Shown: positions 1 through 9,539, counted from the stretch's first letter. The stretch: DNA of 60,500 nucleotides from Chthoniobacteraceae bacterium (GCA_031409655.1 JANNXQ010000103.1:1-60500), one strand, 5' to 3'. Notes: generated by a model not told the origin, from the letters alone. Numbers and translations: made by a program.

Positions 1-2879
1 TCGAGCACGGTGTCGTCGTAGCCTTCCCAGCCGATGCCGAAGCAATCGAGCGCGACGCCCTGCTTGCGATGCGCCTCGACCTTTTGCTTGAGCGCGTCCG
101 GGTTCACATCGCCGAGATTCGCCGCGCCGTCGGTGAGCAGCACGACGCGATTGATGCTGCCGGGCTGGTAATGCCGGAGCGCGGTCGCGTAGCCGAGGTC
201 GAGCGCGGCGCCGAGGTTCGTGCCGCCCTGCGGCGTGATCTCGCCGACGCGCGCACACGTTTCGCCGGCCTTGTCGCCCGCCACGCCATCGGCCCAGAGC
301 CGCGGAGTGCGGGCGAAAGTGACGACGCTCAGCTTGTCCTGTGGCTGCAATTGTGTGGCGAGCACGCGCAGCGATTCGTGCAGGATGCGCACGCGATCCG
401 CGCGTTCCATCGAGCCGGAATTGTCGAGCAGCAGCACGAGATTCAGCGCGCGCCCCGGCTGCCGGCCCGCCGCCGCCGTCTTCACTGAGAGGCGCACGAG
501 ATCGCGGTTTTGCGCGAAGGGATAACGCGCCCGTTCCGTGGTGCAGGCCAGCGCCGCACCCGCAGCGGGTTCCGGATCGCGGTAGTCGAAGGCATTGATG
601 AACTCCTCGCTGCGCACCGTCGCCAGCTCCGGCATCTGCCCCTTTTCCAGACTCGCCCCGGCGAGCTTGAAGGCGACGTCGCTGACATTGAGCGAGAACG
701 TGGAGAACGCATTCGCACTCGTTGCGATCTCCGGCTGCGGCACGGGCGTGGGCTCGGCGGGTTTCGGTGCAGTGGGTTTGTCGTCGGATTCCTTGAGCGC
801 AACCTGCTCTCTCACCTGCTCCAGCTTGGCCAGTTCTTTCACTTCGCTGACGGGCGCCCGGGTCGCCTCTGCCAGGCGATTCTGCGGTTGCGGCGTTGCC
901 TTCCCGCCACTCGAACGGAACAGACGCCCGGCAAGCGGGATGTCGCCCAACGCGTCATCCTTCGCCGTCTTTTCTGCGTCGGAGGGGCTCACGTCCGTCT
1001 TCGCCGTGGGTGTCCTCACGATCGGCTGGTTGATGAAGCCTTCGAACTCGGCGACCTCCGGCACGAGTCCCATATCAATGTTCGCTGGAAGATTGACCTT
1101 TCCGGCGGTCGTGAGCGGTTCGCTGGTCGCGTATGGATCCGCCACCGGTGTGTCGGAACGGCGGAACGAACTTACTCCCGAGACGTCCAATGTCTCACTT
1201 CCCCGGAAACGCGTTGCGACGGATGCGGTCCCCCGAGACTGATCGAGCGAATCATCGAGTTTCCCCTGAATCTGGAGTCCCACGACATCCTCCGGTTCGC
1301 GAGCGAGGCCTTGCGCCCGAGATTTCGACGCAAAGTCATCGCGGCCCGATCGTTTGAGGCCGTCCGCATCTGCGAGAGGCTCATTCGATCCCGCGAAGCC
1401 AAGGAGGTTCCGTTTGCTGGGGTCGGTCGGACTCTCTGCCATCTCCTTCTTCGCCACAGCGCCGGTGCTCCCCACAATGCCGTCGCTCAATTGGCCGACG
1501 TTGGATTCAAACCACAAGCCCGCTGCGTTTTTCTGATCTATGGCCGCGGCGAGCGCCTTCTGTTTGTCGACCGGTTGTTCCGTGGAGACGGTGCCGAAGC
1601 CCACGCTGTCGGTGAACTTCAGGGACGGTTTCTCCTCCTCAACGCCTCTGACGGTTCCGCCGCTAATCGTCGTCGCGCCCGTGTAGGTGTTCGGTGAGTT
1701 CAGCATCCAGGAGCGGTTGTTTTCCTGGTTTGCCGCTTTTTCGCGATCCTCTCCCAACGTGGCGAGCCCCAGCGCCGGTCTCGGCTCGACCTCCTCACCG
1801 CGGTTTTCTAAGCGATAAGCCGCGATGGGTTTCGGCGCGGGAGCAGACCCGAGGACGGTGGTCCCTTTTGCGAAAAAATTCTGGCTCGTCTCCGGTGCGC
1901 TGGGCGGGGTAGGAGTGGTGGAAGTGATGAAGACACCGCCCAGCGTGAGCGGAGCGTCCGAGGGCATCAGGGAGGGCAGGGGCGGCGTTTCTCCTGCGGA
2001 TTTGAATCCGCTGACCCGCTCGGTATCGGCGAGTTCCTTGCCACTGGCAGGGCCGGAAGTGGCCGCCCCGGAAGTTGTCACGCTCAAATCACCGGTCGCG
2101 AATCGGCGAAAGCTATGAGCAGGTGCTCCTAGTGCGAGAGGAGTCGGTGCCGGCGCGCTGGCGGGCGGAGATACGCTGCCGGTGGGAGACGTGAGGACCA
2201 AGGTCCCCGCGCCAGACTTCGTCAGGGTGGAAGTCCCGGCATTCGGCTGCGCGTAGAGGTCGTAGTTTTCGGCCTTCTCGGACGGGACGATAAATCTGGA
2301 TTCGCTCGTGATTTCCGATGAAGGGGCGATTCCTTCGGTGAAAGCCTTGTCGAGTTTCATCCCCTCCATTTCACGCCCATCGCGACTACCTCCCCCCCAG
2401 ACGCGGACCATTCCCGGTTGCGATCCCCACGCGGCGCCGGTGCTGTCCACTGCGGCGACCATTGACCGCACACTCGCATTCCGCGGCGAGAAACCGCTCA
2501 TCAACAAGGTCCCTCCGAGCAGCGCGATCAAGGACGCGGCGAGTCCGAGGGGCACGACCCATTTCCAATCGCGCCGCGGGATGACCACGACAGGCGCGGG
2601 TGCCGGTGCGGGTGCGCGGAAATGGGCGAGCAGGCGTTCGCGGCGTTCGGCGGAAAGTCGCGCGGGCAGGGGCGCGGCCGGAGGTTCGGGGATGGCGCTC
2701 GCTTCGCGGAGCAACTCGATCGCCTGCTGGAGGCGTGCGTGCAGCTTCGCGAGCCCGGGATCGGTGGCCATCTGCGCCCGCAGCGCGGCGGCTTCGGCGG
2801 GCGGCAGTTCGCCCATGAGCAGGGCGGTCAGGCGGATCTCGGTTTCCTCGCGCGGGGTGCGTGGCGTTTCGGGATTCAT
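1..2879 (-). CDS. Anti-sigma-like membrane protein with long linker and C-terminal vWA domain (YfbK-like); 3' end lies outside the window
   Basis: Manual translation of an open frame from ATG 2879, which overlaps the ECF stop as ATGA. N-terminal anti-sigma-like helix LTALLMGELPPAEAAALRAQM; one TM WVVPLGLAASLIALLGGTLLM; linker of about 580 aa; STFSLNVSDVAF..VRSEEFINAFDY; MIDAS motif LLLDNSGSM; GGTNL; VVLLTDG. Missing from the ORF track because there is no stop in the window. Confidence 0.9.
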   Translation of the reverse strand, partial: MNPETPRTPREETEIRLTALLMGELPPAEAAALRAQMATDPGLAKLHARLQQAIELLREASAIPEPPAAPLPARLSAERRERLLAHFRAPAPAPAPVVVIPRRDWKWVVPLGLAASLIALLGGTLLMSGFSPRNASVRSMVAAVDSTGAAWGSQPGMVRVWGGGSRDGREMEGMKLDKAFTEGIAPSSEITSESRFIVPSEKAENYDLYAQPNAGTSTLTKSGAGTLVLTSPTGSVSPPASAPAPTPLALGAPAHSFRRFATGDLSVTTSGAATSGPASGKELADTERVSGFKSAGETPPLPSLMPSDAPLTLGGVFITSTTPTPPSAPETSQNFFAKGTTVLGSAPAPKPIAAYRLENRGEEVEPRPALGLATLGEDREKAANQENNRSWMLNSPNTYTGATTISGGTVRGVEEEKPSLKFTDSVGFGTVSTEQPVDKQKALAAAIDQKNAAGLWFESNVGQLSDGIVGSTGAVAKKEMAESPTDPSKRNLLGFAGSNEPLADADGLKRSGRDDFASKSRAQGLAREPEDVVGLQIQGKLDDSLDQSRGTASVATRFRGSETLDVSGVSSFRRSDTPVADPYATSEPLTTAGKVNLPANIDMGLVPEVAEFEGFINQPIVRTPTAKTDVSPSDAEKTAKDDALGDIPLAGRLFRSSGGKATPQPQNRLAEATRAPVSEVKELAKLEQVREQVALKESDDKPTAPKPAEPTPVPQPEIATSANAFSTFSLNVSDVAFKLAGASLEKGQMPELATVRSEEFINAFDYRDPEPAAGAALACTTERARYPFAQNRDLVRLSVKTAAAGRQPGRALNLVLLLDNSGSMERADRVRILHESLRVLATQLQPQDKLSVVTFARTPRLWADGVAGDKAGETCARVGEITPQGGTNLGAALDLGYATALRHYQPGSINRVVLLTDGAANLGDVNPDALKQKVEAHRKQGVALDCFGIGWEGYDDTVL

Positions 2880-3493
2880 GGTGCGACGTCGGTTTTGACC
2901 AGTTCCAGGGCCATGGCTTTCAGCGCGTGATGCAGGAGATAGCCGACGTGCCCGACGGTGAGGCCGGTGCGGTCGCTGATCTCCTTGTATGAAAGGTCTT
3001 CGTTGAAGCGCAGACGGATCAGCTCGCGGCTGCGCGGGTCGAGGGTTTCGAGGACGAGGCGGACCAGCCCGATGCCTTCCCAGCGGGCGATCTGTTCGTC
3101 CGGCATCGGCTGCGAGTCGATGGCCTCGTTGGCCGGCGTTTCGCCGTCGGGCCCGGAGTCGCCGACGAGGACGATGCGTTTGGTGCGACGCTGATGATCG
3201 ACGGCGAGATTGTGGACCGTGCGATAGAGCCACGGCTGCGGAGTGCGGACCTGCTGGAATTGGGAGTGAAGTTTCATAAAGGCGTCCTGGACGATGTCCT
3301 CGGCGACCTGGAAATCGCCGAGCAACCGCCGGGCATACGCGAGCAGCGGCGACTCGAGGGCGGCAAAGACTTGTTCGATCGTCTGCCACGGCGGGGAAGG
3401 TGCGGCGCTTTCGTCCGGGCGGGTTACGGCCATCGTGAGCAGGTCGGTGGGGGCATCGCGGAGAGCTGTTTGGTGGCGAGTCGGGGACGACAT
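2876..3493 (-). CDS. ECF-family RNA polymerase sigma factor
   Basis: Region 2 AEDIVQDAFMKL/WLYRTVHNLAVDHQRR and region 4 LDPRSRELIRLRFNEDLSYKEIS. Start at ATG 3493 (alternative 3433). Confidence 0.92.
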   Translation of the reverse strand: MSSPTRHQTALRDAPTDLLTMAVTRPDESAAPSPPWQTIEQVFAALESPLLAYARRLLGDFQVAEDIVQDAFMKLHSQFQQVRTPQPWLYRTVHNLAVDHQRRTKRIVLVGDSGPDGETPANEAIDSQPMPDEQIARWEGIGLVRLVLETLDPRSRELIRLRFNEDLSYKEISDRTGLTVGHVGYLLHHALKAMALELVKTDVAP

Positions 3494-3503
3494 CGTTGGT
3501 GGG

Positions 3504-3530
3504 TAAGACGGACGATGCAGGGGTTTGTTA
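3504..3530 (-). promoter_or_regulatory. Putative autoregulatory ECF promoter
   Basis: Minus strand reads TAAC-N16-CGTCTTA just upstream of the sigma ATG, matching the typical AAC/CGTC ECF promoter layout. Confidence 0.5.
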
Positions 3531-3963
3531 GAAGAGGGCGCCAATCTCCTGCTCTTCAGTCCTCTTCTGTCGCGCTGCGTCTGCGCCTCGGGGTGGCCCA
3601 TCTTGTGCGGATGAAAACGACCAGCAACTCCACGGGCGGCACGCCGCCCCGTTTGTGCGCGATGTCCTGCAGCGCTTTCGGTCCGGGCAGCTCTGCGTCG
3701 CCGAGCACATCGCCACGCTCCCCGAGGCCAACGCGCTGCCCGAAAACCTCCGCCTCCACAACCACTCCCGCGAACGCCACCGCGAACTGCGCTCCACCCC
3801 GAAAGCCGCCTGGGATCTAGCGCTCCGTCCTCCTCTGATCGCACACCAATCGTCCGCCTTTGTTTGCACCACCACACGCCTCAGACACATTCTTGACTCC
3901 CCTCAGCCCGCCGGGCCAAATGCGCGCCGACTTTTAACCCCACCACTCCACCACCCCACGACC

Positions 3964-4815
3964 ATGCGATTCGGCCTCAATACCTTCCTCTACGCCAGCC
4001 CCTTCACCAACGAGAGCGTGAAGCTCTTCCCCAAGCTCAAGAAGTGGGGCTTTGAAACTGTCGAGATCCCCGTCGAAGCCCTCGAGCACATCGACCCTGC
4101 TGTCGTCAAAGCCGCCGCCGCCAAAGCCGGGATCAAGATCGGCACCCTCTGCGCCTGCATGGGCCCGGGTCGCGATTTCCGCGGCAGCGCCGCCGATCAG
4201 AAGACCGCGACCGACTACGTGCGCGGCCTCATCGACCAAGCCGCCGCGATGGGTTGCCCTTCGGTCATCGGGCCGATCTATTCCGTCGTCGGCATGGCCG
4301 ACGCGCACGATGACGCGGAGAAGAAGGCGCAGTTCAATCTCGTGGTGAAGAACCTCAAACCACTCGCCGCATACGCGGAGAAAAAAGGCGTGACCCTGTG
4401 CATCGAACCGCTGAACCGCTTCGAGACCGACTTCCTCAACACCTGCGACCAGGGCCTCAAGCTCGTCAAAGCCGTCGGCAGCAAAGCGGTGAAGCTGCAC
4501 CTCGATACCTTCCACATGAACATCGAGGAAAAGAACCAGGCCGCCGCGATCGTGAAGGCCGGCAAGTACCTCGCGCACTTCCACGCCTGCGGCAGCGACC
4601 GCGGCACGCCCGGTGGCGATCACATCGACTGGGTGCCGATCGTCAAAGCGCTCAAGAAGATCAAATACAAAGGCGACGTCGTCATCGAGAGCTTCACCAC
4701 CGACGTGAAAGTGATCGCCCGCGCCGCGGCCATCTGGCGCAAGATGGAACCCAAGCGCGACGACATCGCCGTGAAGGGTCTGGCGAACATGAAGCGGCTC
4801 TTCGGTCGGAAGTAA
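3964..4815 (+). CDS. Sugar phosphate isomerase/epimerase (D-tagatose/psicose 3-epimerase family)
   Basis: Motifs IEPLNRFET, LHLDTFHMNIEE, HFHAC.SDRG.PG, VIESF. Confidence 0.9.
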   Translation: MRFGLNTFLYASPFTNESVKLFPKLKKWGFETVEIPVEALEHIDPAVVKAAAAKAGIKIGTLCACMGPGRDFRGSAADQKTATDYVRGLIDQAAAMGCPSVIGPIYSVVGMADAHDDAEKKAQFNLVVKNLKPLAAYAEKKGVTLCIEPLNRFETDFLNTCDQGLKLVKAVGSKAVKLHLDTFHMNIEEKNQAAAIVKAGKYLAHFHACGSDRGTPGGDHIDWVPIVKALKKIKYKGDVVIESFTTDVKVIARAAAIWRKMEPKRDDIAVKGLANMKRLFGRK

Positions 4816-4825
4816 GCGCGCCGAA

Positions 4826-5521
4826 TCAGTTGAGGTCGAAAAGGAGGATCTGCGACGGCTTGCTGCCGCGGATCTCGAGCGCGCTTTCGCCGCTCACCGC
4901 GACGGCGTCGCCGCCGACGAGCGTCTGCCCATGGAGCGTCACTTCTCCCTCGGCCACGTGCAGCCAGGCGTGGCGATCCGCCCCGAGGGCGTGGGTCACG
5001 GTTTGCTCAGCTTCGAGCTTGGCGAGGTAGAGGTCGGCGTCCTGATGGATCGCCATCGAGCCATCGCGCCCGCTCTTGCTGGTGATGAGGTGGAGCCTGC
5101 CGGACGCGGCGTCCTTCATGGATGTTTCCGCGTAGCTCGGCGCCACGCCTTTTTCGTCCGGTTGAATCCAGATCTGGAGCAGGCGCACCGGTTCGGTGCC
5201 GCTGGGATTCTGTTCGCTGTGCTGCACGCCAGTGCCGGCGCTCATGTATTGGAATTCGCCGGGCGTGATGGTGCGCCCATTGCCCATGGAATCCTGGTGC
5301 GTGAGCTGGCCGCTGAGGATGTAGGTGATGATCTCCATGTCGCGGTGCGGGTGCATGCCGAAGCCCATGCGCGGCATCACGAGGTCGTCATTGATGACGC
5401 GCAGGCTGCGGAAGCCCATCCATTCCGGATCGTAGTATTCGGCGAAGCTGAAGGTGTGATACGAGTCGAGCCATCCATGTTCAGCGTGGCCTCGGTCATT
5501 GGATTTTCGGATAGTAATCAT
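4826..5521 (-). CDS. Pirin family protein (YhhW-like)
   Basis: GWLDSYHTFSF, GFGMHPHRDMEIITY, QYMSAGTGVQHSE. Confidence 0.93.
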   Translation of the reverse strand: MITIRKSNDRGHAEHGWLDSYHTFSFAEYYDPEWMGFRSLRVINDDLVMPRMGFGMHPHRDMEIITYILSGQLTHQDSMGNGRTITPGEFQYMSAGTGVQHSEQNPSGTEPVRLLQIWIQPDEKGVAPSYAETSMKDAASGRLHLITSKSGRDGSMAIHQDADLYLAKLEAEQTVTHALGADRHAWLHVAEGEVTLHGQTLVGGDAVAVSGESALEIRGSKPSQILLFDLN

Positions 5522-5737
5522 GGGCGCAGCTTACGCCGAAAGACGGCGGCGGGAAAAACACCTTGTTCCTCGCCTTCCGAATCCCAGAGAGGCGCGATTG
5601 AAAGTCCTCCCGTTCACGCCTGCTCCTTCGCCGATCCAGGCCGGCTCCGTTTGCTTGAAGTCCGGCGGTTCCGCAAATGCCCAGTGCTTCGTCGCCGCCG
5701 CGGATCACGACCCTTGAAAACTGGGGGAAGATCCCGG

Positions 5738-6376
5738 CTACTTCGCTTCCGCGACGTCGGTGACGTTGAACTGGATGAATTGACCGTTGAACGGTAGCGG
5801 GGCCGGAGGCACTTCGGGGACGACGAGTTTGCTGAAGTTGGTGATCATCCGGCCGTTTTGGCCGTTGCCGTGGAACGTCAGCGTAGCGCCGCCTTCGATC
5901 TCGATGGTCTGGGTGTAGTCGATAGTGAAGATGTGGTGGGCGACTTTGTCCTGGCGGTTGAAGAAAAAGTGCGACGCCGGCGCGGAGACGGTGAGCTGGT
6001 AGATGTTGTAGGTCGCGTTGTTCGGGGCACCGCCGATGTAGAAGTATTCGCCGACTTGCTGGCCGTCCTTGTACATCATCGGCTCGGCCAAGCCGCGCAC
6101 GCGGAGCGTGACTTTGTAACGCTTGCCAGGTTCGCCGCCGAATTTCTTCACGTCGGTGAAGCGATCATTGGTCGCTGGGTCGTCGGTCGCCCGGGCGGAG
6201 ATGCCATCCGCACCCGGCTTGGGGTTTTCCGGCATCGGATCCTTGCAGGGAAACTCGTAGCGATAGCCATCGATGGCGGCGGCGATCTTCTTCAAATCTT
6301 CGGCCTGCGAAGAATGGGTGGCGAGCCAGGCGACGATGATCGTCAGACACGTGATGCGGAGAGGGATTCGAGTCAT
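5738..6376 (-). CDS. Secreted hypothetical protein
   Basis: Signal-peptide-like N-terminus MTRIPLRITCLTIIVAWLATHSSQA; globular composition. Confidence 0.75.
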   Translation of the reverse strand: MTRIPLRITCLTIIVAWLATHSSQAEDLKKIAAAIDGYRYEFPCKDPMPENPKPGADGISARATDDPATNDRFTDVKKFGGEPGKRYKVTLRVRGLAEPMMYKDGQQVGEYFYIGGAPNNATYNIYQLTVSAPASHFFFNRQDKVAHHIFTIDYTQTIEIEGGATLTFHGNGQNGRMITNFSKLVVPEVPPAPLPFNGQFIQFNVTDVAEAK

Positions 6377-6420
6377 AGGCAGTGAGTAATGTGGAGGCGA
6401 CGGGAAGGTCGAGACGGCGC

Positions 6421-7092
6421 TCAGTCGAGCGTCTTGATCTTCACGTTCCGATACCACACGGGAGCCTGGGCCTTGCCGTGCAAGCCCTGAAATCCGATCG
6501 GGCCGGAGCGGGCAAAGTCTTTCAAGGCGACCTTGAACTTATTCGGCGTGCCGTCGGGATTTTTGCCGACTTCGGGCCAGTTATTCAGGTCGGCGTGGAT
6601 GACTTCCTCGCCATTGAAGATCACCGAGACGAGACTGTCGCGGCAGGTAATGGTGAAGTGGTTCCATTCGCCCACGGGCTTCGCCATTTCCTTGCTCGGA
6701 GGCATGGCATCATAAATTGCCGCGACCATCCCATACTTACTGCCGTCCGCGGATTCATGCACCTGGATCTCCAGCGCCGAGAGCACATCCTTCATGTTTC
6801 CGCACCGCAGGAAGACGCCGCTGTTGGACTCCTTGGCCACCTTAAATTCGAGATCGAGGATGAAGTTGCTGTAGGAATCTTTCGTCCAGAGCGTGTCGTG
6901 ATCTTTCGCGACCATCGCGCCGTCTTCGATCACCCACTTCCCTTGCGCGACGACGTTGGCAAAGTCGGGCGCGATGAGTGGCTTCCGGTCCGTGGTATTC
7001 GAGTGTTCAGCGGCGATGCTGTCCGAGGAAGCTGCGCAAAAGGCAAGCAGTGCGGCAGCAAGGAGGGATTTGGGGATGGAGTAGTAGTGCAT
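6421..7092 (-). CDS. DUF1080 (3-keto-disaccharide hydrolase-like) protein
   Basis: YSNFILDLEFK, NSGVFLR, EIQV, GEWNHFTI, GPIGFQGLHG, VWYRNVKI; signal peptide. Confidence 0.9.
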   Translation of the reverse strand: MHYYSIPKSLLAAALLAFCAASSDSIAAEHSNTTDRKPLIAPDFANVVAQGKWVIEDGAMVAKDHDTLWTKDSYSNFILDLEFKVAKESNSGVFLRCGNMKDVLSALEIQVHESADGSKYGMVAAIYDAMPPSKEMAKPVGEWNHFTITCRDSLVSVIFNGEEVIHADLNNWPEVGKNPDGTPNKFKVALKDFARSGPIGFQGLHGKAQAPVWYRNVKIKTLD

Positions 7093-7169
7093 GATTTCGT
7101 GGTAGGAGTTAATGGGGTAGTCGGATCTTAGTCTTGAAGTTGCGTGATCCATCGTTCCGGCGATGCAGG

Positions 7170-8642
7170 TCACACAGCGCGCTCGCCGCGCCATTCATGC
7201 TGCACGGCGCCGTTCACGTCGCGATGTTCGCACACGATCACGCTTTTACCCGCCTCGAGCTTCAGGGTGACCGCCACGAAGCCGCCTTTCACCCGATGGT
7301 AACGGTGATAGGTGGGATCCTCGCCCGGTGAACCGCTGGCGTGGCTGTCGCTGGCCGGGCCGCAGGAAAATTCGCGCACGCCGGTTTGCGGATGCACGGA
7401 GTGATATTGCCAGTGACGATCCCCGCAGATGACGAAGAAATTCTCCGGCACGTGCGCTTGCAGCCAGGCGCGGAGTTCGTCGCCTTCGGTTTGGAAACCG
7501 ACGTTTGCGTGGTTGTCGTTTTTGTTTCCGCGGTCGGGACCGACGAGTGGTGTCGGGCTGATCAGGACCTTCCAAGTCGCGTTGCTCTCGGCCACCGTCC
7601 GCTTGAACCACGCCTTCTGTTCCGCGCCCCAGATCGTCTTTTGCGGCCCATCGGTCATCGTATTTGGCGAGCGGAAGTCGCCGCCGTCAGTCAGCCAGAT
7701 CTGCAAATCGCGTCCCCAGCGAAAGGTCCGGTAAATTGAATCCCCGAGCGGGACTTGCTGGCGGTAGATGTCCTGGCCTTCGGCAAAAGTGAGCGCGCCC
7801 ATCTTTGTCTCCGGCCACGAGTCATTGCGCTGGGTGTCGTGATCGTCCTTTTCGAAGGAACTCGAGACATTGCGCAGCAACTCCACCTGCCGCGGGAGAC
7901 TGAACATGCGCTGCCAGTGGTAACGCGCGAGTTCGATGCTATCCGCGCGCGGGGCGTCATTGTCGTAATAGACATTGTCCCCCGTGAAGGCGACGAAATG
8001 CGGCGCGGTGAGGAGCATCGCGGGGTAGATCGGATGGCCATCCGGGTGATCGCGATCCGGGTAGCCCTGGCACGTCATCACGCAGAAGCGCACGTCACTT
8101 GGCGCGCTCGGCGCTGGTGCGGTGCTGAAGCGGCCGTGAAAGGCGCCATGCACCGGAGTGCCGCCGGGACCGCTCGTCTCCGTGGCGTAATGATAGACGG
8201 TGGCAGGCTTCAGTCCCGCGAGCGCAAACTGGTGCGAAAAATCCGTCTCCGCCGAGACATCCACCCACGCGGTAGTCTGGGCGTCGCGCATATCGTGCGC
8301 TGTGCTGTAATGCACTCGGATCCGACCCGGCGCGCCGGGACACGCACCTTCGAGATCCGCGACCGGTACGGTCACCGCCGGCTGTTCGCCCTTTTTGACC
8401 TTGCCGCTGAGCACGATGCCGGAGTGATTCCGCTGGTCCTTTGCCGTGAGCCGCGTCCACACCCGCGCCGTCGTATCCGTCACTTCGCCCACTTTCGTGC
8501 CCATCGCCTGCGGCACGTTCAGATCTACCTCGGCGTGTGCGAGGAGGGAAGTGACATGGCCCGCGACGATCGAAGCCGCAGCGGTGGCGGCAGAATCTGC
8601 GAGGAAGATGCGACGGGTGACTTTGCGAGGAGTGCGTTTCAT
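7170..8642 (-). CDS. phoD: Alkaline phosphatase D family protein, Tat-exported
   Basis: Twin-arginine signal TRRIFL; FTGDNVYYD, KDDHD, ICGDRHW. Confidence 0.85.
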   Translation of the reverse strand: MKRTPRKVTRRIFLADSAATAAASIVAGHVTSLLAHAEVDLNVPQAMGTKVGEVTDTTARVWTRLTAKDQRNHSGIVLSGKVKKGEQPAVTVPVADLEGACPGAPGRIRVHYSTAHDMRDAQTTAWVDVSAETDFSHQFALAGLKPATVYHYATETSGPGGTPVHGAFHGRFSTAPAPSAPSDVRFCVMTCQGYPDRDHPDGHPIYPAMLLTAPHFVAFTGDNVYYDNDAPRADSIELARYHWQRMFSLPRQVELLRNVSSSFEKDDHDTQRNDSWPETKMGALTFAEGQDIYRQQVPLGDSIYRTFRWGRDLQIWLTDGGDFRSPNTMTDGPQKTIWGAEQKAWFKRTVAESNATWKVLISPTPLVGPDRGNKNDNHANVGFQTEGDELRAWLQAHVPENFFVICGDRHWQYHSVHPQTGVREFSCGPASDSHASGSPGEDPTYHRYHRVKGGFVAVTLKLEAGKSVIVCEHRDVNGAVQHEWRGERAV

Positions 8643-8913
8643 GGGAGGCCGTTGTGCGGAGAGTGGGGGGAAATTGGGGCTTTCCCACTCATATCCTTCG
8701 ACGCGCGAGAACTTGAAGCGGAGGTTGGAGGGAGTTTTTGCCAGCGTCAGCGAGGGTCGGGAAAGCGCTTACGGAGCTTGTTCTGGTAGCTTGTCCGACG
8801 GAAGGAAGTACAAGGCCGAGTGGCACTTGAAGTGTCGAAAATGAAGCGGATTGCGGGACTATACTGCTGTTCGTTTCGCACGGCAATAAGCGCTAGTTCT
8901 TACCGCGACCATT

Positions 8914-9507
8914 CTATCGCCGCCGTGCCGCCCACGACATGGCTCCAAGTCCCAAGAGTAGCGCGGTGCCTGGTTCGGGCACGGCTCCGACGGGCATTGC
9001 TTTACCCGCCGCGTCTTCATATGCCCAGCCGTGGAGGGTTCCCTCGCCGGTGTTGCTTATCGTGATCTGCGCCCAGCCGTAGTACGTCGCGCCGGCGAGG
9101 GCGGGCTCAAAGGCGAAACCGAAGTAGCCCGGCGTGCCGATTTGAAACTGATTCGACGCCGGCCCGACATGCGTGATGCTCCCGCTTTCGCCTGCGGCGA
9201 ATATGCTCGCCGCGCTGATCGTTACGCCCGCGCCCAGGTTCATCACCTGATCCGCGCCGGTGATGACCGGGCGCAGCAGCGTATCGCTCCCGATATTCAC
9301 GCCGCCGAAGAACGGATTCAGCCACGGCGCGGCGTTCCAGTCCGCCGGCTGCGTGGCGGCGGTCGCGCCGGTGAAAGGGTTGAAGTAGACGCCGTCGAAG
9401 GTGGACGGCACAGGCACATTCATCGGGCCGGACCAGATGATGCTCGCGTGGCTGGCGCAGTCCATCGCGAGAGCGAACAGAGTGGAATGGAGGAGTCGGG
9501 TCGTCAT
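8914..9507 (-). CDS. PEP-CTERM sorting-domain protein
   Basis: C-terminus AVPEPGTALLLGLGAMSWAARRR; N-terminal signal; TYYGWAQI..GWAYE. Confidence 0.9.
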   Translation of the reverse strand: MTTRLLHSTLFALAMDCASHASIIWSGPMNVPVPSTFDGVYFNPFTGATAATQPADWNAAPWLNPFFGGVNIGSDTLLRPVITGADQVMNLGAGVTISAASIFAAGESGSITHVGPASNQFQIGTPGYFGFAFEPALAGATYYGWAQITISNTGEGTLHGWAYEDAAGKAMPVGAVPEPGTALLLGLGAMSWAARRR

Positions 9508-9539
9508 GTGTGGTGATTGGTGAAATGGAGGTTGGTTCC

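Noticed and set aside
1470..1515. Linker peptide LWFESNVGQLSDG (and RFRGSETL, NYDLYA) as further mimic motifs
   Set aside because: Similarity to VccA DFDTGLGNLPDG and EYRGSSTV, or to pseudopilin YDLYS, is too weak to assert without a search.
69..2930. Many + strand ORFs (e.g. 510-1697, 595-1242, 2308-2898)
   Set aside because: Antisense shadows of the real minus-strand anti-sigma/vWA gene.
8643..8945. Possible far att site of the tRNA-Asn element
   Set aside because: Only a 7-nt TGGCTCC match near 8940; not significant.
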